Origin: Octopus bimaculoides
Taxonomy: Eukaryota
DNA length: 33,847 bases
Direction: 5' to 3'
Assembly (NCBI RefSeq): GCF_001194135.2
Contig: NC_068987.1
Location: forward strand, 45,604,406-45,638,252
Below the pieces are notes generated by a model, which did not search any database, had not been told where the DNA came from, and saw only the letters and a list, made by a program, of their open reading frames with translations. Both the position numbers and the translations under genes were made by a program. The first letter of the stretch is position 1. The number at the start of each line of letters is the position of its first letter. Shown in pieces: positions 1 through 12,215 of the stretch.

Positions 1-221
1 TATATATATATATATATGTATATTATTACTATTATTGATAAAATACAGAAGTTATTTTCTCATAACAGCCAGTTCACCAATTGGCTTAATATCATGAGAC
101 CCTGACAAAAGGATGAAGGGAATGGTATGGCTTGTGCTCTCTGCCACTGGAGGTCTGAAAATACAATTGGTATGAAACTGATTGGTAGAAGAGGCTGATA
201 TGGGAATATAATATTATATAT

Positions 222-1140
222 CATTATTGGTTTCAAATTTTGACACAAAGCCAGCAATTTTGAGGGAGGGCTAAGTCAATTACATCGTCCCCAGTAATCA
301 ACTGCTACTTTTTTTATTGACTCCTAAAGGATGAAAGGCAAAGTCAACCTTGGTGAAATTTGAACTCAGAATGTAAAGATGGATGAAATGCTGTTAAGCA
401 TTTTGCCTGGCATACTAATGATTCTGCCATCTCACCACCTTAATGTTATATAACTTTATTAATAATAGTAATATACTCACTCTATTAACCAATATATAGA
501 AGCACCTGTTTTTTTCTGATTCATAGATTTTTAGATAAATATGTACATGCACACACACACACACACACAGACACACATCATAATTTCATGCTATCCATTT
601 ATCCTCTGTAAAATACATTTGATAATGACTGTGATATTAAGAAACAGTTATACTTAGTGATAAGAGGAAATGTGATCAAACTAGATAACAAGTACTAATG
701 ATATGAGTATAATGTGATGAAGATGGTAATGGTGATTAGGATAGTATGATGGCAGTAATAGGAGTAGCTCTGCAGCTGATATTTTGATGGGAAAGCAAAC
801 AACCAATGAAAGTAACATCTATATAACTACAGCAGCAACAGCAGCAATAATGATAATAATTCTCACTACTAAAGGCTCAAAGCCTGGAATTTGGGGGAGG
901 GGACCAGTCAATTACACCCCNNNNNNNNNNACTTGATTTATAGTAACAATAATCCTTTCTATTATAGGCACAAGGCCTGAAATTTTTGAGGAGGAGGAGG
1001 ACAGTTGATTACACAGAGGTATTTATTTCAATGACTCTGAAAGAATGCAAAGTAAAGCCAAGCTCAAAATGTAAAACTGGGAAAAATGGTGTCAAGCATT
1101 TTATCTGGTATCCTAACAATTCTACCAGTTTGCCACCTTA

Positions 1141-1179
<39 letters not shown>

Positions 1180-2576
1180 GCGATTGATAATAATAATAAT
1201 AATGGTTTCAAATTTCGGAAGAGGGCTAGTGGTTTTGAAGGGGAGGGGAAGTCAATTATGCTGACCCTAGTATATGACTGGTACTTACTCTATTGATCCC
1301 GAAAGGATGAAAGGCAAAGTTGATCTCGGTGGAACTTAAAGATAGGCAAAATACCACTAAGCATATTGTCTGGTGTGTTAATGGTTCTGCCAGCTTTCTG
1401 CTAATAGTAATAATAATCCTTTCTGCTATAGGCACAAGGCCTGAAACTTCGGTGAGGGGAGTAATCGATTACATTGACCCCAGTACTCAACTGTTACATT
1501 TTCATCAACCCTGAAAGGATGAAAGGCAAAGTCAATCTCAGTGGAATTTGAACACACAATGTAATGACGGATGAAATGCCGCTAAGCATTTTGCCTGGCA
1601 TGCTAACAATTCTGCCAGCCTGCCACCTTAATAATAATAATAATGGTTTCAAATTTTGGCACAAGGCCAGCAATTTCGGGGGAGGAGAGAATTGATTGTA
1701 TCGACTGGTCCAACTGGTACTTATTTTATCGACCTCCAAAAGGATGAAAGGAAAAGTCAACCTTGGTGGAATTTGAACTCAGAATGAAACAACAAATGAA
1801 CTGCCACTAAGCTTTTTACATGGTGCGCTAATGATTCTGCCAGCCCACTGCCTTAACAATGACAACAGCAACAGCAACAGCAGCAACAATAATAATAATG
1901 ATAATAATAATAATGATTTCTCATTTGGCAGTACGGAGCCACCTATTTGTTTTGTTTGAGTGACTTAAGAGAAGTAGTGTACAATTGATTAAAACATTAT
2001 CACTTTACATGATGTAACTTAGTTTACTGATCCTGGAGCAATGATTGGTGAAGTTGACTATGGCAAGATTTGAAACACGAAATATAAAGAATCATAATAA
2101 AAGCACTCTGGTATTCTGTGTATTGCTCAACTGCTTCCAGTAGTAAATGGTAATAATTAATATAGTCTGAAGAAATGAGATCCAGTACATGACTGGTACT
2201 AATTTTGATGACCTTCTTCCCGCACCCTCAACCCTGATCACTCTTCCCACTGCCCCTGGAGGGATGAAAGGCAAAGTCTGCCTTGGCAGGATTTGAACAT
2301 ACAATGTAGAGGAATGAAACTAAATGGAATACAATTTCTGCTGGTTCACCAACATTAACAATAGTGATGTTTGACAAAGGCCTGAAACAGGTTATGGAAA
2401 AGAAGTACAAGTCAATTACCACTGACCAACTTCAGTGGTATTTAATTTTATCAATGCCAAAGAGATGAACAGGGTGGCAAAATTTGAGCACCCAACATAG
2501 ATGCAGAAAAAGGATACAAAATACTTTTAGTTATTAATCTGATGCCCTAATATTTCTGTAACTCCTTTACTCTTAA

Positions 2577-2623
<47 letters not shown>

Positions 2624-3089
2624 CCTTTCTACTAAAGGCACAAGGCCTGAAATTTGTTTGTGGTGGGGACTAGTCAATAACATTGACCCTGAAAGGATAA
2701 AAGGTAAAGTTGACCTCGGATGAGTTCAAATTCTGCCAATGTTGACTTTGCCCTTCATCCTTTCTGGGTTGAGAAAATAAATACCAGTTGACCACTGGAG
2801 TCAATGTAATTGACTTACCTTTTCCCTCAAAATTGCTGGCTTTGTGCCAAAATGTAAAACCAATAATAATAATCTTTTCTACTAAAAGTACAAGGCCTGA
2901 AATTTGGGGGAGGGAACTAGTCAATTACACCGAACTCAGTATTTTATCGACCCCAAAAGGATGAAAGGCAAAGTCGATCTCGGTGGAATTTGAACTCAGA
3001 ATGTAGCAATGGGCGAAATACTGCTAAGCATTTTGTCCAGAGTGCTAATGATTCTGCCAGCCTGCCACCTAAAACCAATAATAATAATG

Positions 3090-3123
<34 letters not shown>

Positions 3124-3544
3124 TGATGATGATGATGATAATGGTTTCAAATTTTGGTGCAAGGCCAGCAATTTTAAGGTCGGTGGGTAAGTTAATTATG
3201 TTGACCCTAGTGCTCAACTGGTAACCATTTTATCAACCCCAAAAAAATGAAAGACAAAGTTGACCTCGGCAGAATCTGAACTTAGGATGTAAAAATGGAC
3301 AAAATGCCATTAAGCATTTTGCCCAGTGTTCTAATGATTCTGCCAGCCTGCCACCTTAATAGTAATAACAATAACAACAACAACAACAACAACAATGATA
3401 ATAATAATTACTAGCTGAACTTGTGAAAAATTCACACAAAACATAAAAAATGTAAACAGTGTACTGGTGCGAGAAATGTTTGTATATTATGACTGTCTTG
3501 TCTTTACGTTCTAAGTTCAAATTCTGCCGAAGTCGACTTTGCCT
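222..3544 (-). mobile_element. Dense cluster of about 13 full, partial or degenerate tRNA-derived Meta-domain SINE copies, mostly minus strand and head-to-tail
   Basis: Repeated core gaaaggatgaaaggcaaagtcgacctcgg...tttgaactc. Copies at about 222-441, 858-920, 948-1139, 1201-1397, 1415-1630, 1642-1854, 2170-2345, 2370-2575, 2621-2721, 2722-2862(+), 2871-3070, 3141-3357, 3492-3544(+). The sense strand shows A-box TGGCAGAATC, B-box GAGTTCAAATTC and GTCGACTTTGCCTTTCATCCTTTCGGGGTCGATAAAATAAGTACCAG, resembling the MetaSINE/Sauria-SINE central domain. Confidence 0.88.
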
Positions 3545-3786
3545 NNNNNNNNNNNNNNNNNNNNNNNNNNNNNNNNNNNNNNNNNNNNNNNNNNNNNNNN
3601 NNNNNNNNNNNNNNNNNNNNNNNNNNNNNNNNNNNNNNNNNNNNNNNNNNNNNNNNNNNNNNNNNNNNNNNNNNNNNNNNNNNNNNNNNNNNNNNNNNNN
3701 NNNNNNNNNNACTATTTAACCTTAAAATACAGCATACATATTCAAAGAACCTTCTTGGTTTAGTGGTATGGAACATTTTTCTGGTA

Positions 3787-4010
3787 TTCTTTTATTCTTT
3801 CACTTGTTTCAGTCATTTGACGGTGGCCATGCTAGAGCACCACCCTTTAGTCGAAGAAATCGACTCCTGGACTTATTCCCTGTAAGCCTGGTGCTTATTC
3901 TATCAGTCTCTTCTGCTGAACAGCTAAATTATAGAGACGCAAACGCTCCAACATCGGTGTGAAGCAATGGTGGTGGTGGGACAAACACACACATACATAT
4001 GATGGGCTTG
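3787..4010 (-). mobile_element. 3' part of a second SINE family (same family as 20384-20792)
   Basis: Reverse-complement match to the 3' half of 20384-20792 (cagtcatttgac..gccatgctagagcac..tttagtcga..ctggacttattc..gtaagcctggtgcttattctatcagtctc). Confidence 0.8.
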
Positions 4011-4399
4011 GAGGTAGCGGTGATGCTGGCTGGTGCGATTTTGTGGTTTCCTGGTATGCCAAGAGAGATCCAGCACACAATCATATACATACAAACATAC
4101 ACATACATGCACACACATACACAAACACATACCTAGAGATAGAGAGGCAGACAGTCAGACAGTAAGTGTCAGGTAGTCCACAACGAAGTTTTCACCTCTC
4201 TCTCTCTTCCTACCTATTGCTTTGTTACTGACTGGAATTGTTTTAGTTGTCTTCAAAAGTGAAATTGACATCCAATATTTGCTGTGTTTAAGTATCTACT
4301 GTCTCTCTCACTCTCTCTTTCTCTTTCACTTCCTTTGTGTTCCTCTTCTCTCCTGCTTTTGATTGAACAGTATGGATATGTATCTAGGTATCTACTTCT

Positions 4400-4645
4400 C
4401 TTGCGATGAACGCCGCCACCACTCACCGTCTCTTTCCCACTCTCTCTTTCTCACTCAGTTTTTCTCTCTCTCACTCTCTTTCTTTCTCTCTCTTAGGTCC
4501 TCTGAAATATTTAAAAAGACAAAATAAACGCCGTCACCACTCACTGTCTCTTTCACTCTCTCTCTCTTACTTCCTCTCTGAAACATTTAAAAACACAAAA
4601 CGCCATCTCTACTCACTGTCTCTTTCACTCTCTCTCTTTCTCTCT
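4400..4645. repeat. Three-unit degenerate minisatellite (aacgcc..cactcactgtctctttcactctc) in a CT-rich tract
   Basis: Units at about 4407, 4525 and 4597; the last two share ctctgaaa(t/c)atttaaaaa(g/c)acaaaa. Confidence 0.75.
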
Positions 4646-4734
4646 GTCCTCGTCTCTCTCGCTTTGCCACTTCTTTGAAGTGTGACACACAACACAGGTA
4701 CGTACAAAAACAAGAAGTTAGCGTATTAATATTA

Positions 4735-5179
4735 TTGATAACAATCTTTGACTTTTGTACAAGACTAACAGTTTAATGGGAGGGAATTGGTTGATACTTT
4801 TTGATCCTACAACTTGACTGGAACTTTATTTTGTTAATCCAGAGAGGATGAAAGGCAAAGTTGATCTCAACATGATGTAAACACAGAATGCAAATAGCCA
4901 GAAGAAATGCTGCTAGGCATTGTCCAACATGTAAAGGATTCTGTCAGCTCACAACCTTAATAATAATCATAGGGGTTTCAAATTTTGGCACGAGGTCAGC
5001 AGTCGTATTGAATTACATGAACCCAGTACTTAACTGGTACTTATTTTATCAACCCCCAAAAAGATGAAAGGCAAAGCTGACCTTGGCAGAATTTGAACTC
5101 TGAATAAAAAGCTGGAAGAAATGCAACTTAACATTTTGTCCAGTGTGCTAATGATTCAGCCAGCTTGCTGCCTTCTTAT

Positions 5180-5210
<31 letters not shown>

Positions 5211-5545
5211 AATCCTTTCTGCTATAGGCACAAGGCCTGAAATTTTGGGGAAAGGGACTAGTCGATTACATTGACCCCAGTATTTCACTGGTACTTAATT
5301 TATTGACCCTGAAAGGATGAAAGGTAATGTTGACCTCGGCGGAATTTGAACTCAGAACGTAGCAACAAGCAAAATACCACAAGGCATTTCATCCAGCATG
5401 CTTGCGATTCTGTCAGCTTGCCACCTTTTTAATAATAGTGATGATGATGATAATGATGATTTATGCACAAGGCCAGTAATTTTGAGGAGAAGGTTGTTAG
5501 GCAAATCCATCAACCTCAGTAGTTGACTGGTACTTTGTTATCAAC
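4735..5545 (-). mobile_element. Second head-to-tail array of Meta-domain SINE copies (4 copies)
   Basis: Copies at about 4735-4958, 4975-5175, 5211-5428 and 5455-5545 (partial), separated by (TAA)n. Confidence 0.85.
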
Positions 5546-6326
5546 ACAGCAACATCAAAAGTCCTAACAATGCTTTCTGTTGTAGATACCTGTGTTGTAG
5601 TTGTTTGTCATCATGATGGGTCTCTTAGATATGTTATATGGCAACGTTCATGCATTCTTCAAGACAAGCATTATTATTAATGACATGCTGTGTAAGAGAT
5701 AGATACAGCTGTGAAGTACATTCAGTTCTGACTCTAACTCGGTTCACTCCTGGCCCAACAACAACCATGTAATAATGAATACATACAAAGTACTACAGAT
5801 TAAAAAAAAAAGGAACATCTGTTGTAGCACAGTGACTTTCATGCCTTACATTTTAACATTTCCAGTAACATGCCTTTCCCTCTGCAACCACCTATACTTC
5901 TGCCTGCATCTCAGTGACCAGATATTTTAATGTGGGGAGGGGTAGAGAAAGTTGTTGAGGCTTTCACAGTGTTGCTACGACTGTCAATTTCTAAACCTAA
6001 GTAGTGTCACCAGTTCCACTGTTACTGAATCACAGGTGGCCCACAGTTCAGACATGTGGGCTTACAAAAAACAGAAAGAAAGAAAAAGGAAAACAACCGA
6101 GTTAGCTCAACACAGTAGTAGCAGAGGAGGTGGTGGAGAGCTTTGTTAAACCTAAGTGTGTGAATGTTTTTATGTATGTATATGCGAATATATATGTGTG
6201 TATAATTACCAACATAAGAAACGAGTGTGTGTGTTTTTTATGCTTGTATATGCAAATGAATGTGTGTGTGCATGTATGTAAGTACTTATGAAAGAATGTG
6301 TGTCTGCATGTGCTACGTACATGACA

Positions 6327-6530
6327 ATGATTTCAAATTTTGGCACAAGGCCAGCAATTTCGGGGAAGGAGTAAGTCAATTACGTCAGCCCCAGTGATCA
6401 ACTGGTACTCATTTTATTGACCCCGAAAGGATGAAAGTCAACTTCGGCAGAACTGGAATTCAGAATGTAAACATGAATAAAATGCTGCTAAGCATTTTGC
6501 TCTGTGTGCTAAAGATTCTGCCAATTCACT
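6327..6530 (-). mobile_element. Meta-domain SINE copy (B-type tail)
   Basis: tttcaaattttggcacaaggccagcaattt...gaaaggatgaaagtcaacttcggcag...gattctgcc. Confidence 0.88.
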
Positions 6531-6940
6531 GTCTTTTTTTTTATGTACATAATAATGCATGTGTATAAGAACAATTGTGTGTTTCTGCGACTTGTGTGTG
6601 CTTGCGTGTGTATGTAAATAATGATGCATCTGAGTGTATATAAAACTTGCTAACTTGTACACTGCATCAGCACTCACTCCTGCCTTTTCCAAGCTGGTTG
6701 GTATCACTGCGTCAGATATGCATGTGCATCCAGTGCACCCCAATGATCTGCGCCCTAAAATGTTCATAGAGTCTACTGCCTCTAGACTCTGGTGATAAGG
6801 TTTATAGATAACCCAAAACTTTACATGTTCAATGACAGTGTTGTTTCTTTTCTTCCCTTTTCTCACAATTTCCTTCCTTTCTGTCTTCCTTCCATCTTTT
6901 CTTTCTTTCTTTCTTATTGTCACTTATTGTTTCTGTTTTG

Positions 6941-7346
6941 TTTATTTTTTTAAGATTTATATTTTTACAATTCATTTTTTTTTTGTTTTACATTATCTCT
7001 CATGTTTTTTTTTTTTGCTTTTGTGGTTAAAAAAAAAAGAAAAAAGAAAAACGTTTTCCTTGTAGAATATCTCACTGGTATGAATTCACAGGAAAGGTGT
7101 TGCAGCGTATACTGCCTGATCAAAAAGGTGATGACAACAGGCAGGATCTTGGGGCTGGGCTGAGGTAACAATGAGGATAACAATGGTGGGCCTCACCCCC
7201 CCACCAAAAAAAAACCAACAATTAACAAAAAACATATATACATATAAAATAAAATATAAATTTGGATGATTGATGTGATAACATGTGAATCTATGCCTTG
7301 CTTGGCTATATACATACATAAATATACAGATATATTTATGTATAAG

Positions 7347-7380
<34 letters not shown>

Positions 7381-7469
7381 TGTATGTATACTAATATATA
7401 TATATATGCATATATATGTGCATATATATATATATGCATACATATACGCATATATATATGCTTATATTG

Positions 7470-7509
<40 letters not shown>

Positions 7510-7875
7510 TATGTCTGTAGGGGGGAGGTCCAATGGAGCTTGGGGTTGGGTTTGGATCACCTGCATTCAGTTTAGCTGCAATCTTCTTAACTTATAGAGT
7601 TCACAATAAGAAACGTGAAAGGAAGCAGTGGTGATTGTGAGATGTTGAGGGTACATGCGTACCGTGTGAACAGTGAATGTATGTGTAAAGTTTGTGTGGA
7701 GGGTGGGTCAGTATAAATAGCGGTCATATTAACAACATTTTAATGGTGTTAGGGACCGCAGCAACATGGAAGTAGATGCGGTTAGGTATGAAGAGATTTT
7801 ACAAAAAAAAAAAATGTTGTTAATTTTTTCCTCCCCCCCCCAAAAAAAAATAAAGATAACCCAGTAAAGTATGAA
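6941..7875 (-). other. Probable BMAL1 3' UTR up to a candidate AATAAA at 6941-6946; true end unknown
   Basis: Follows the stop codon. AU/GU-rich with TA microsatellites. tttatt on + at 6941-6946 reads AATAAA on -. Confidence 0.45.
7290..7506. repeat. Compound (TA)n/(TACA)n microsatellite in the probable 3' UTR
   Basis: Directly visible. Confidence 0.9.
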
Positions 7876-8175
<300 letters not shown>

Positions 8176-8224
8176 TTATAGATATATAAACACGTTGGCA
8201 AATATATACCTACATACACATACC

Positions 8225-8570
8225 AGTCCAGTGGCACTGGCAACGACCTTGCTCGAATGATTTTCTAACGTGCCACCAGCACAAGTGCTGGAAGGCGACG
8301 CTCGTAACAATTACGCTCAAATGGTGCTATTTACAGGCCACTAGCACGGAAGCCAGACAGCTGCTCTGGCAATGAACACGCTTGGACAGTGCTGATAGTG
8401 CTCCACTGGCGCAGGTGCCAGTCATCGGATATGGTTCAATTTCGATTTCGATTTCACTTGCCCTAACATGTCTTTGCAAGCAGAGTTTAGTGTCCAATGA
8501 AGGAAAAGTTGGCATGGGTGCCAGTCGTCGGATTCGATTCAATTTCGATTTCAAATTTCAAATTTACAGA
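8225..8570. repeat. Unclassified CpG-retaining interspersed repeat with internal degenerate repeats (gtgccac/ggcac motifs; gattcgattc/ttcgatt runs)
   Basis: Internal repetition and CpG retention relative to flanks; family not assigned. Confidence 0.4.
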
Positions 8571-8814
8571 TAGATAGATAAATAAAGTAGGAGAGGTGAA
8601 AAGAGAGAGAAAGAGAAGACAGGTATTTTATCTTTTTGTTGTTAGTCATATGATTAAGGGTAAAAAAGGCAGTGTCAGAAGCCTTTTTAGTGTTCCTACA
8701 AGTGACAAAGTAATATCAGAGCACCAGATGAGGACAGTCCGACAGGGATGTTGTAGCCTAGCAGAGAAGTTTCTTGAAGACAAAAGAATGAAACAGAAAT
8801 AAATGACAGATTGT

Positions 8815-9412
8815 AAGTGTCTTAAGAGAAAAACTGGGTATAAGAGGCATCAGATGTAGTGTGCAAGAGAGAAGACTGCTGTGGTATGGCCATGTGCTTG
8901 CTATGGAGGAGGACAACTGCGTAAAGAAGTGCTGATCTTTAACTGTGGAGGGAACCTATGGAAGAGGTAGACCCAGGGAGATGTTGGATGAGGTGGTGAA
9001 ATATGATTTTTGGATGTTGAGTCTCATGGAGGCAATGACAAGTGACCGAGACTTTTGGTGATTTGCTGTGCTTGAGAAGACACATCAAGTGAAAAGGAAT
9101 TATTGTCATGGCTAGTACAAGTGACATGTAAGAGGCACCTGTACCAGTGATACACAAGGAGCACCTGTGCTGGTGACACATAATAGGCATCTGTGCTGGT
9201 GACACATAAAAGGCACCCATGTTGGTGACACATTAAAGGCACCTAGTACATTCTGTGGAGTGGTGGGCATTAAGAAGGGCATTCAGCCTCAGAAACCATG
9301 CCAAAACAGACTGGATCCTGGTGCCGCTCTCTGGCTTACCAGTCCCAGTCAAACTGTGTAACCCATGCCAGCATGGAAAATGGATGTTGATTGATGATGA
9401 TGATGATGATGA
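8815..9412 (+). mobile_element. RTE-clade LINE 3' end, decayed: ORF C-terminus, ~26-bp minisatellite 3' UTR, (GAT)n tail
   Basis: Translation LREKLGIRGIRCSVQERRLLWYGHVLAMEEDNCVKKC*SLTVEGTYGRGRPREMLDEVVK contains the RTE RxxWYGHV and GRGRP motifs with CGA-to-TGA-type stops. About 4.5 copies of ggcacctgtgctggtgacacataaaa at 9133-9245; tail aacccatgccagcatggaaa...(gat)n. Confidence 0.9.
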
Positions 9413-9889
9413 TGAAAAGAAGGAAACTGATTGTAATGTAATATATGAAAGAAACATGTAGGGAAGATACTATCAAGAGTAGTGGATATTGATGATAGTT
9501 TTGGTGGTTGTGGCGGTAGGTAATATCTTTATTCACTACACCTTGCTTTTATTGTAGATTAACCATATGACCTAAAAGCAAACATTTTTTTTTATCTGCC
9601 AGAATATTGCAAATGAAATGTGTCAGTTATCTCAACTGACCAATCAGAAATGTCTTGACTTAATATACCTAGCACTTAAAAAGACCCTAATATTGTTTTT
9701 AGTGAGAATATACATTGAGTTTTCTGGTAGAAGTAGCACTAATATACTACTGGAGTTGGGTAAAAAGTTAGAGTTATTCCCCTTCAACGAAACCATAAGT
9801 CAGAGAAGAGCAAAATTTTCAATCTTAAATCTACATTCATTTCAGCTGAAGGTTTTCAATATTTCTCCATTTCTTCTCATCATCGTAGT

Positions 9890-10065
9890 CTTCTGGTTTT
9901 ATGTTGAGTTCAAATTCTGTCAAGGCTGACTTTGCCTTTCATCCTTTCAGGGTCAATAAAATAAGTACCAGTTAAGCACTAAGGTCGATGTAATCGACTT
10001 AAGTTTTCCTCTAAAATTGCTGGCCTTGTGCCAAAATTGAAACAATTGTTATTATTATTATTATT
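9890..10065 (+). mobile_element. Meta-domain SINE, 5'-degraded, B-type tail
   Basis: gagttcaaattctgtcaaggctgactttgcctttcatcctttcagggtcaataaaataagtaccag...gctggccttgtgccaaaattgaaac(att)n. Confidence 0.88.
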
Positions 10066-10525
10066 GAGTGAGAGAGCAGTGCATGCCACCTAAGTCACAC
10101 TAGGGTAAAATATACAAAGCCCAGTATACCCATCATGATTACCCATATTAAGGTGGGGGCCAGTTAGAATTTTCTTCAGGTCAAGTAGCCCATCCTGTTC
10201 AAAAGGTCCCTGAATAAGGGTTGTTTAAGGATGATGAACAAAACACCCATGTTTCCAGAGGTGAGTTATTCAAACCTCATAAAGTTCCTCTCAACACAAG
10301 GCTATGATGCTCCCCCACTACTTCTGCTCATGATCAGAGATGCACATATTGTCAACCACTAAGGGACATGCTCAACTGCTTAAGGTCAAACAGCTGATAA
10401 GCAAATCTGTGGTATTGAGCAGAATATTAGCTGTAGCCTATCTTTTATACCAAGGCAAAACAATGTACATGATAACACTTCCAATCAGTTAAAGTCAGAA
10501 GCCATGAGAGCCACTGCCTGGTACT
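10066..10525 (-). repeat. Probable interspersed repeat (3' UTR-like end of a non-LTR element) between two (TTA)n tracts
   Basis: Bounded by TTA tails on both sides; no ORF. Family assignment is recollection only. Confidence 0.35.
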
Positions 10526-10534
10526 ACTATCATT

Positions 10535-10880
10535 GTTATTATTATTATTCAGTAGTTTTATTTTTATAACGTGCTTTCACTTCACTACCGAGCGCAGCTC
10601 TGTGCGCCTTGGGTATGTGCTGTGGTTTGCTGTGGTGCTCTTATGTTTACTGTATTGAAAGTGTTTTGCGTAGAATGTGTGCAGTACCCAGTAGTGCAAT
10701 TTTCTGTATGTTATATATATTTGTAAGTCCTGGTGTTTTTGTTATGTATTTGTCTGAATATTTTTTTATTATACCTAAGGCACCTACTATGATAGGAATT
10801 GTTTCTGTTTTTAGATTCCACATTCGAGTTATCTCTATTTCCAGGTCTTTGTATTTTGAAAGTTTTTCCATTTCTTTTAG
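10535..10880 (-). mobile_element. Non-LTR retrotransposon 3' end with restriction-like endonuclease (REL; R2/R4-type) C-terminus, 3' UTR and (TAA)n tail; runs into the N gap
   Basis: Uninterrupted MEKLSKYKDLEIEITRMWNLKTETIPIIVGALG...IQKIALLGTAHILRKTLSIQ* (10647-10871) carries the K..KY..L and PIIVGALG motifs. Confidence 0.88.
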
Positions 10881-11595
10881 NNNNNNNNNNNNNNNNNNNN
10901 NNNNNNNNNNNNNNNNNNNNNNNNNNNNNNNNNNNNNNNNNNNNNNNNNNNNNNNNNNNNNNNNNNNNNNNNNNNNNNNNNNNNNNNNNNNNNNNNNNNN
11001 NNNNNNNNNNNNNNNNNNNNNNNNNNNNNNNNNNNNNNNNNNNNNNNNNNNNNNNNNNNNNNNNNNNNNNNNNNNNNNNNNNNNNNNNNNNNNNNNNNNN
11101 NNNNNNNNNNNNNNNNNNNNNNNNNNNNNNNNNNNNNNNNNNNNNNNNNNNNNNNNNNNNNNNNNNNNNNNNNNNNNNNNNNNNNNNNNNNNNNNNNNNN
11201 NNNNNNNNNNNNNNNNNNNNNNNNNNNNNNNNNNNNNNNNNNNNNNNNNNNNNNNNNNNNNNNNNNNNNNNNNNNNNNNNNNNNNNNNNNNNNNNNNNNN
11301 NNNNNNNNNNNNNNNNNNNNNNNNNNNNNNNNNNNNNNNNNNNNNNNNNNNNNNNNNNNNNNNNNNNNNNNNNNNNNNNNNNNNNNNNNNNNNNNNNNNN
11401 NNNNNNNNNNNNNNNNNNNNNNNNNNNNNNNNNNNNNNNNNNNNNNNNNNNNNNNNNNNNNNNNNNNNNNNNNNNNNNNNNNNNNNNNNNNNNNNNNNNN
11501 NNNNNNNNNNNNNNNNNNNNNNNNNNNNNNNNGTTTGGATTTCATTTGTTTTATAGCTTTTGTTGTTTCTTCTTCTTCTTCTTCGTATTTGTTAG

Positions 11596-11596
<1 letters not shown>

Positions 11597-11648
<52 letters not shown>

Positions 11649-11930
11649 TGATTTGACTCAGGTTCGTTCTTATTCCTTGTAGAATTTATGTAGGTACCAC
11701 AATCTTTCAATAATCTTTCAAGTGCATAAGACCCTCCAGATAGTCTTTCCTGTCCCTAAGAGGTTCTACAGGACATTCCATTCCAATCTCCTTCAACCAT
11801 TTGTCTATATCTTTGCTTACAGTTCCCAATGCACCAGTTATTATTGGCACAACATTTACAATTTTCATATTCCAAATTCTTGCAATTTCAAATTTTAAGG
11901 GAATGTATTTTTTTTTTTTGCTTTTCATCT
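11597..11930 (-). mobile_element. Second, more decayed REL-type LINE 3' fragment with long (TAA)n tail
   Basis: KYIPLKFEIARIWNMKIVNVVPIITGALGTVSKDIDKWLKEIG; (tta)n at 11597-11647. Confidence 0.82.
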
Positions 11931-11975
11931 TCTTTCTTTATGATCCTGGAATCAAATGGACATGATGAATCAATT

Positions 11976-12215
11976 AAGGTGATGAACTGGGAGAATCGTT
12001 ACCATGCTGGATGAAATGCTTAGCGACATTTCTTCCAGCTTTACATTCAGAGTTCAAATTCTTCCAAGGTCAACTTTGCCTGTCATCTTTTCAGTGTTGA
12101 TAAAAATAACTAATACTTGAGTACTGGGGTTGATGTAATCAACTTACTGTCACCAATGAAATTGCTGGCATTGTGCCAAAATTTGAAACTGTTATTATTA
12201 TTATTATTATTATTA
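11976..12215 (+). mobile_element. Full-length Meta-domain SINE copy
   Basis: aaggtgatgaactgggagaatcgtt...agagttcaaattc...gctggcattgtgccaaaatttgaaac(tta)n. Confidence 0.88.

Noticed and set aside
222-3400. Regularly recurring repeats superficially like a repeat-spacer (CRISPR-like) array
   Set aside because: Units are ~200-nt divergent SINEs separated by microsatellite tails; eukaryotic context with no cas genes.
5880-6062. Strong minus-strand pyrimidine tract ending taag at ~6062, a possible further exon
   Set aside because: All three frames close quickly and AAG acceptors are uncommon; at most UTR or intergenic.
6438-6923. 161-aa minus-strand ORF
   Set aside because: Stitched from simple repeats, UTR-like sequence and a SINE; no recognisable domain.
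7235-7314. Pumilio-element matches (UGUAUAUA) in the 3' UTR
   Set aside because: They arise inside TA/CA microsatellite sequence and cannot be distinguished from background.
10609-11656. Long ORFs (222-315 aa) in the ORF track; likewise 3459-3776 and 17533-18111
   Set aside because: Artefacts of N gaps read as X.
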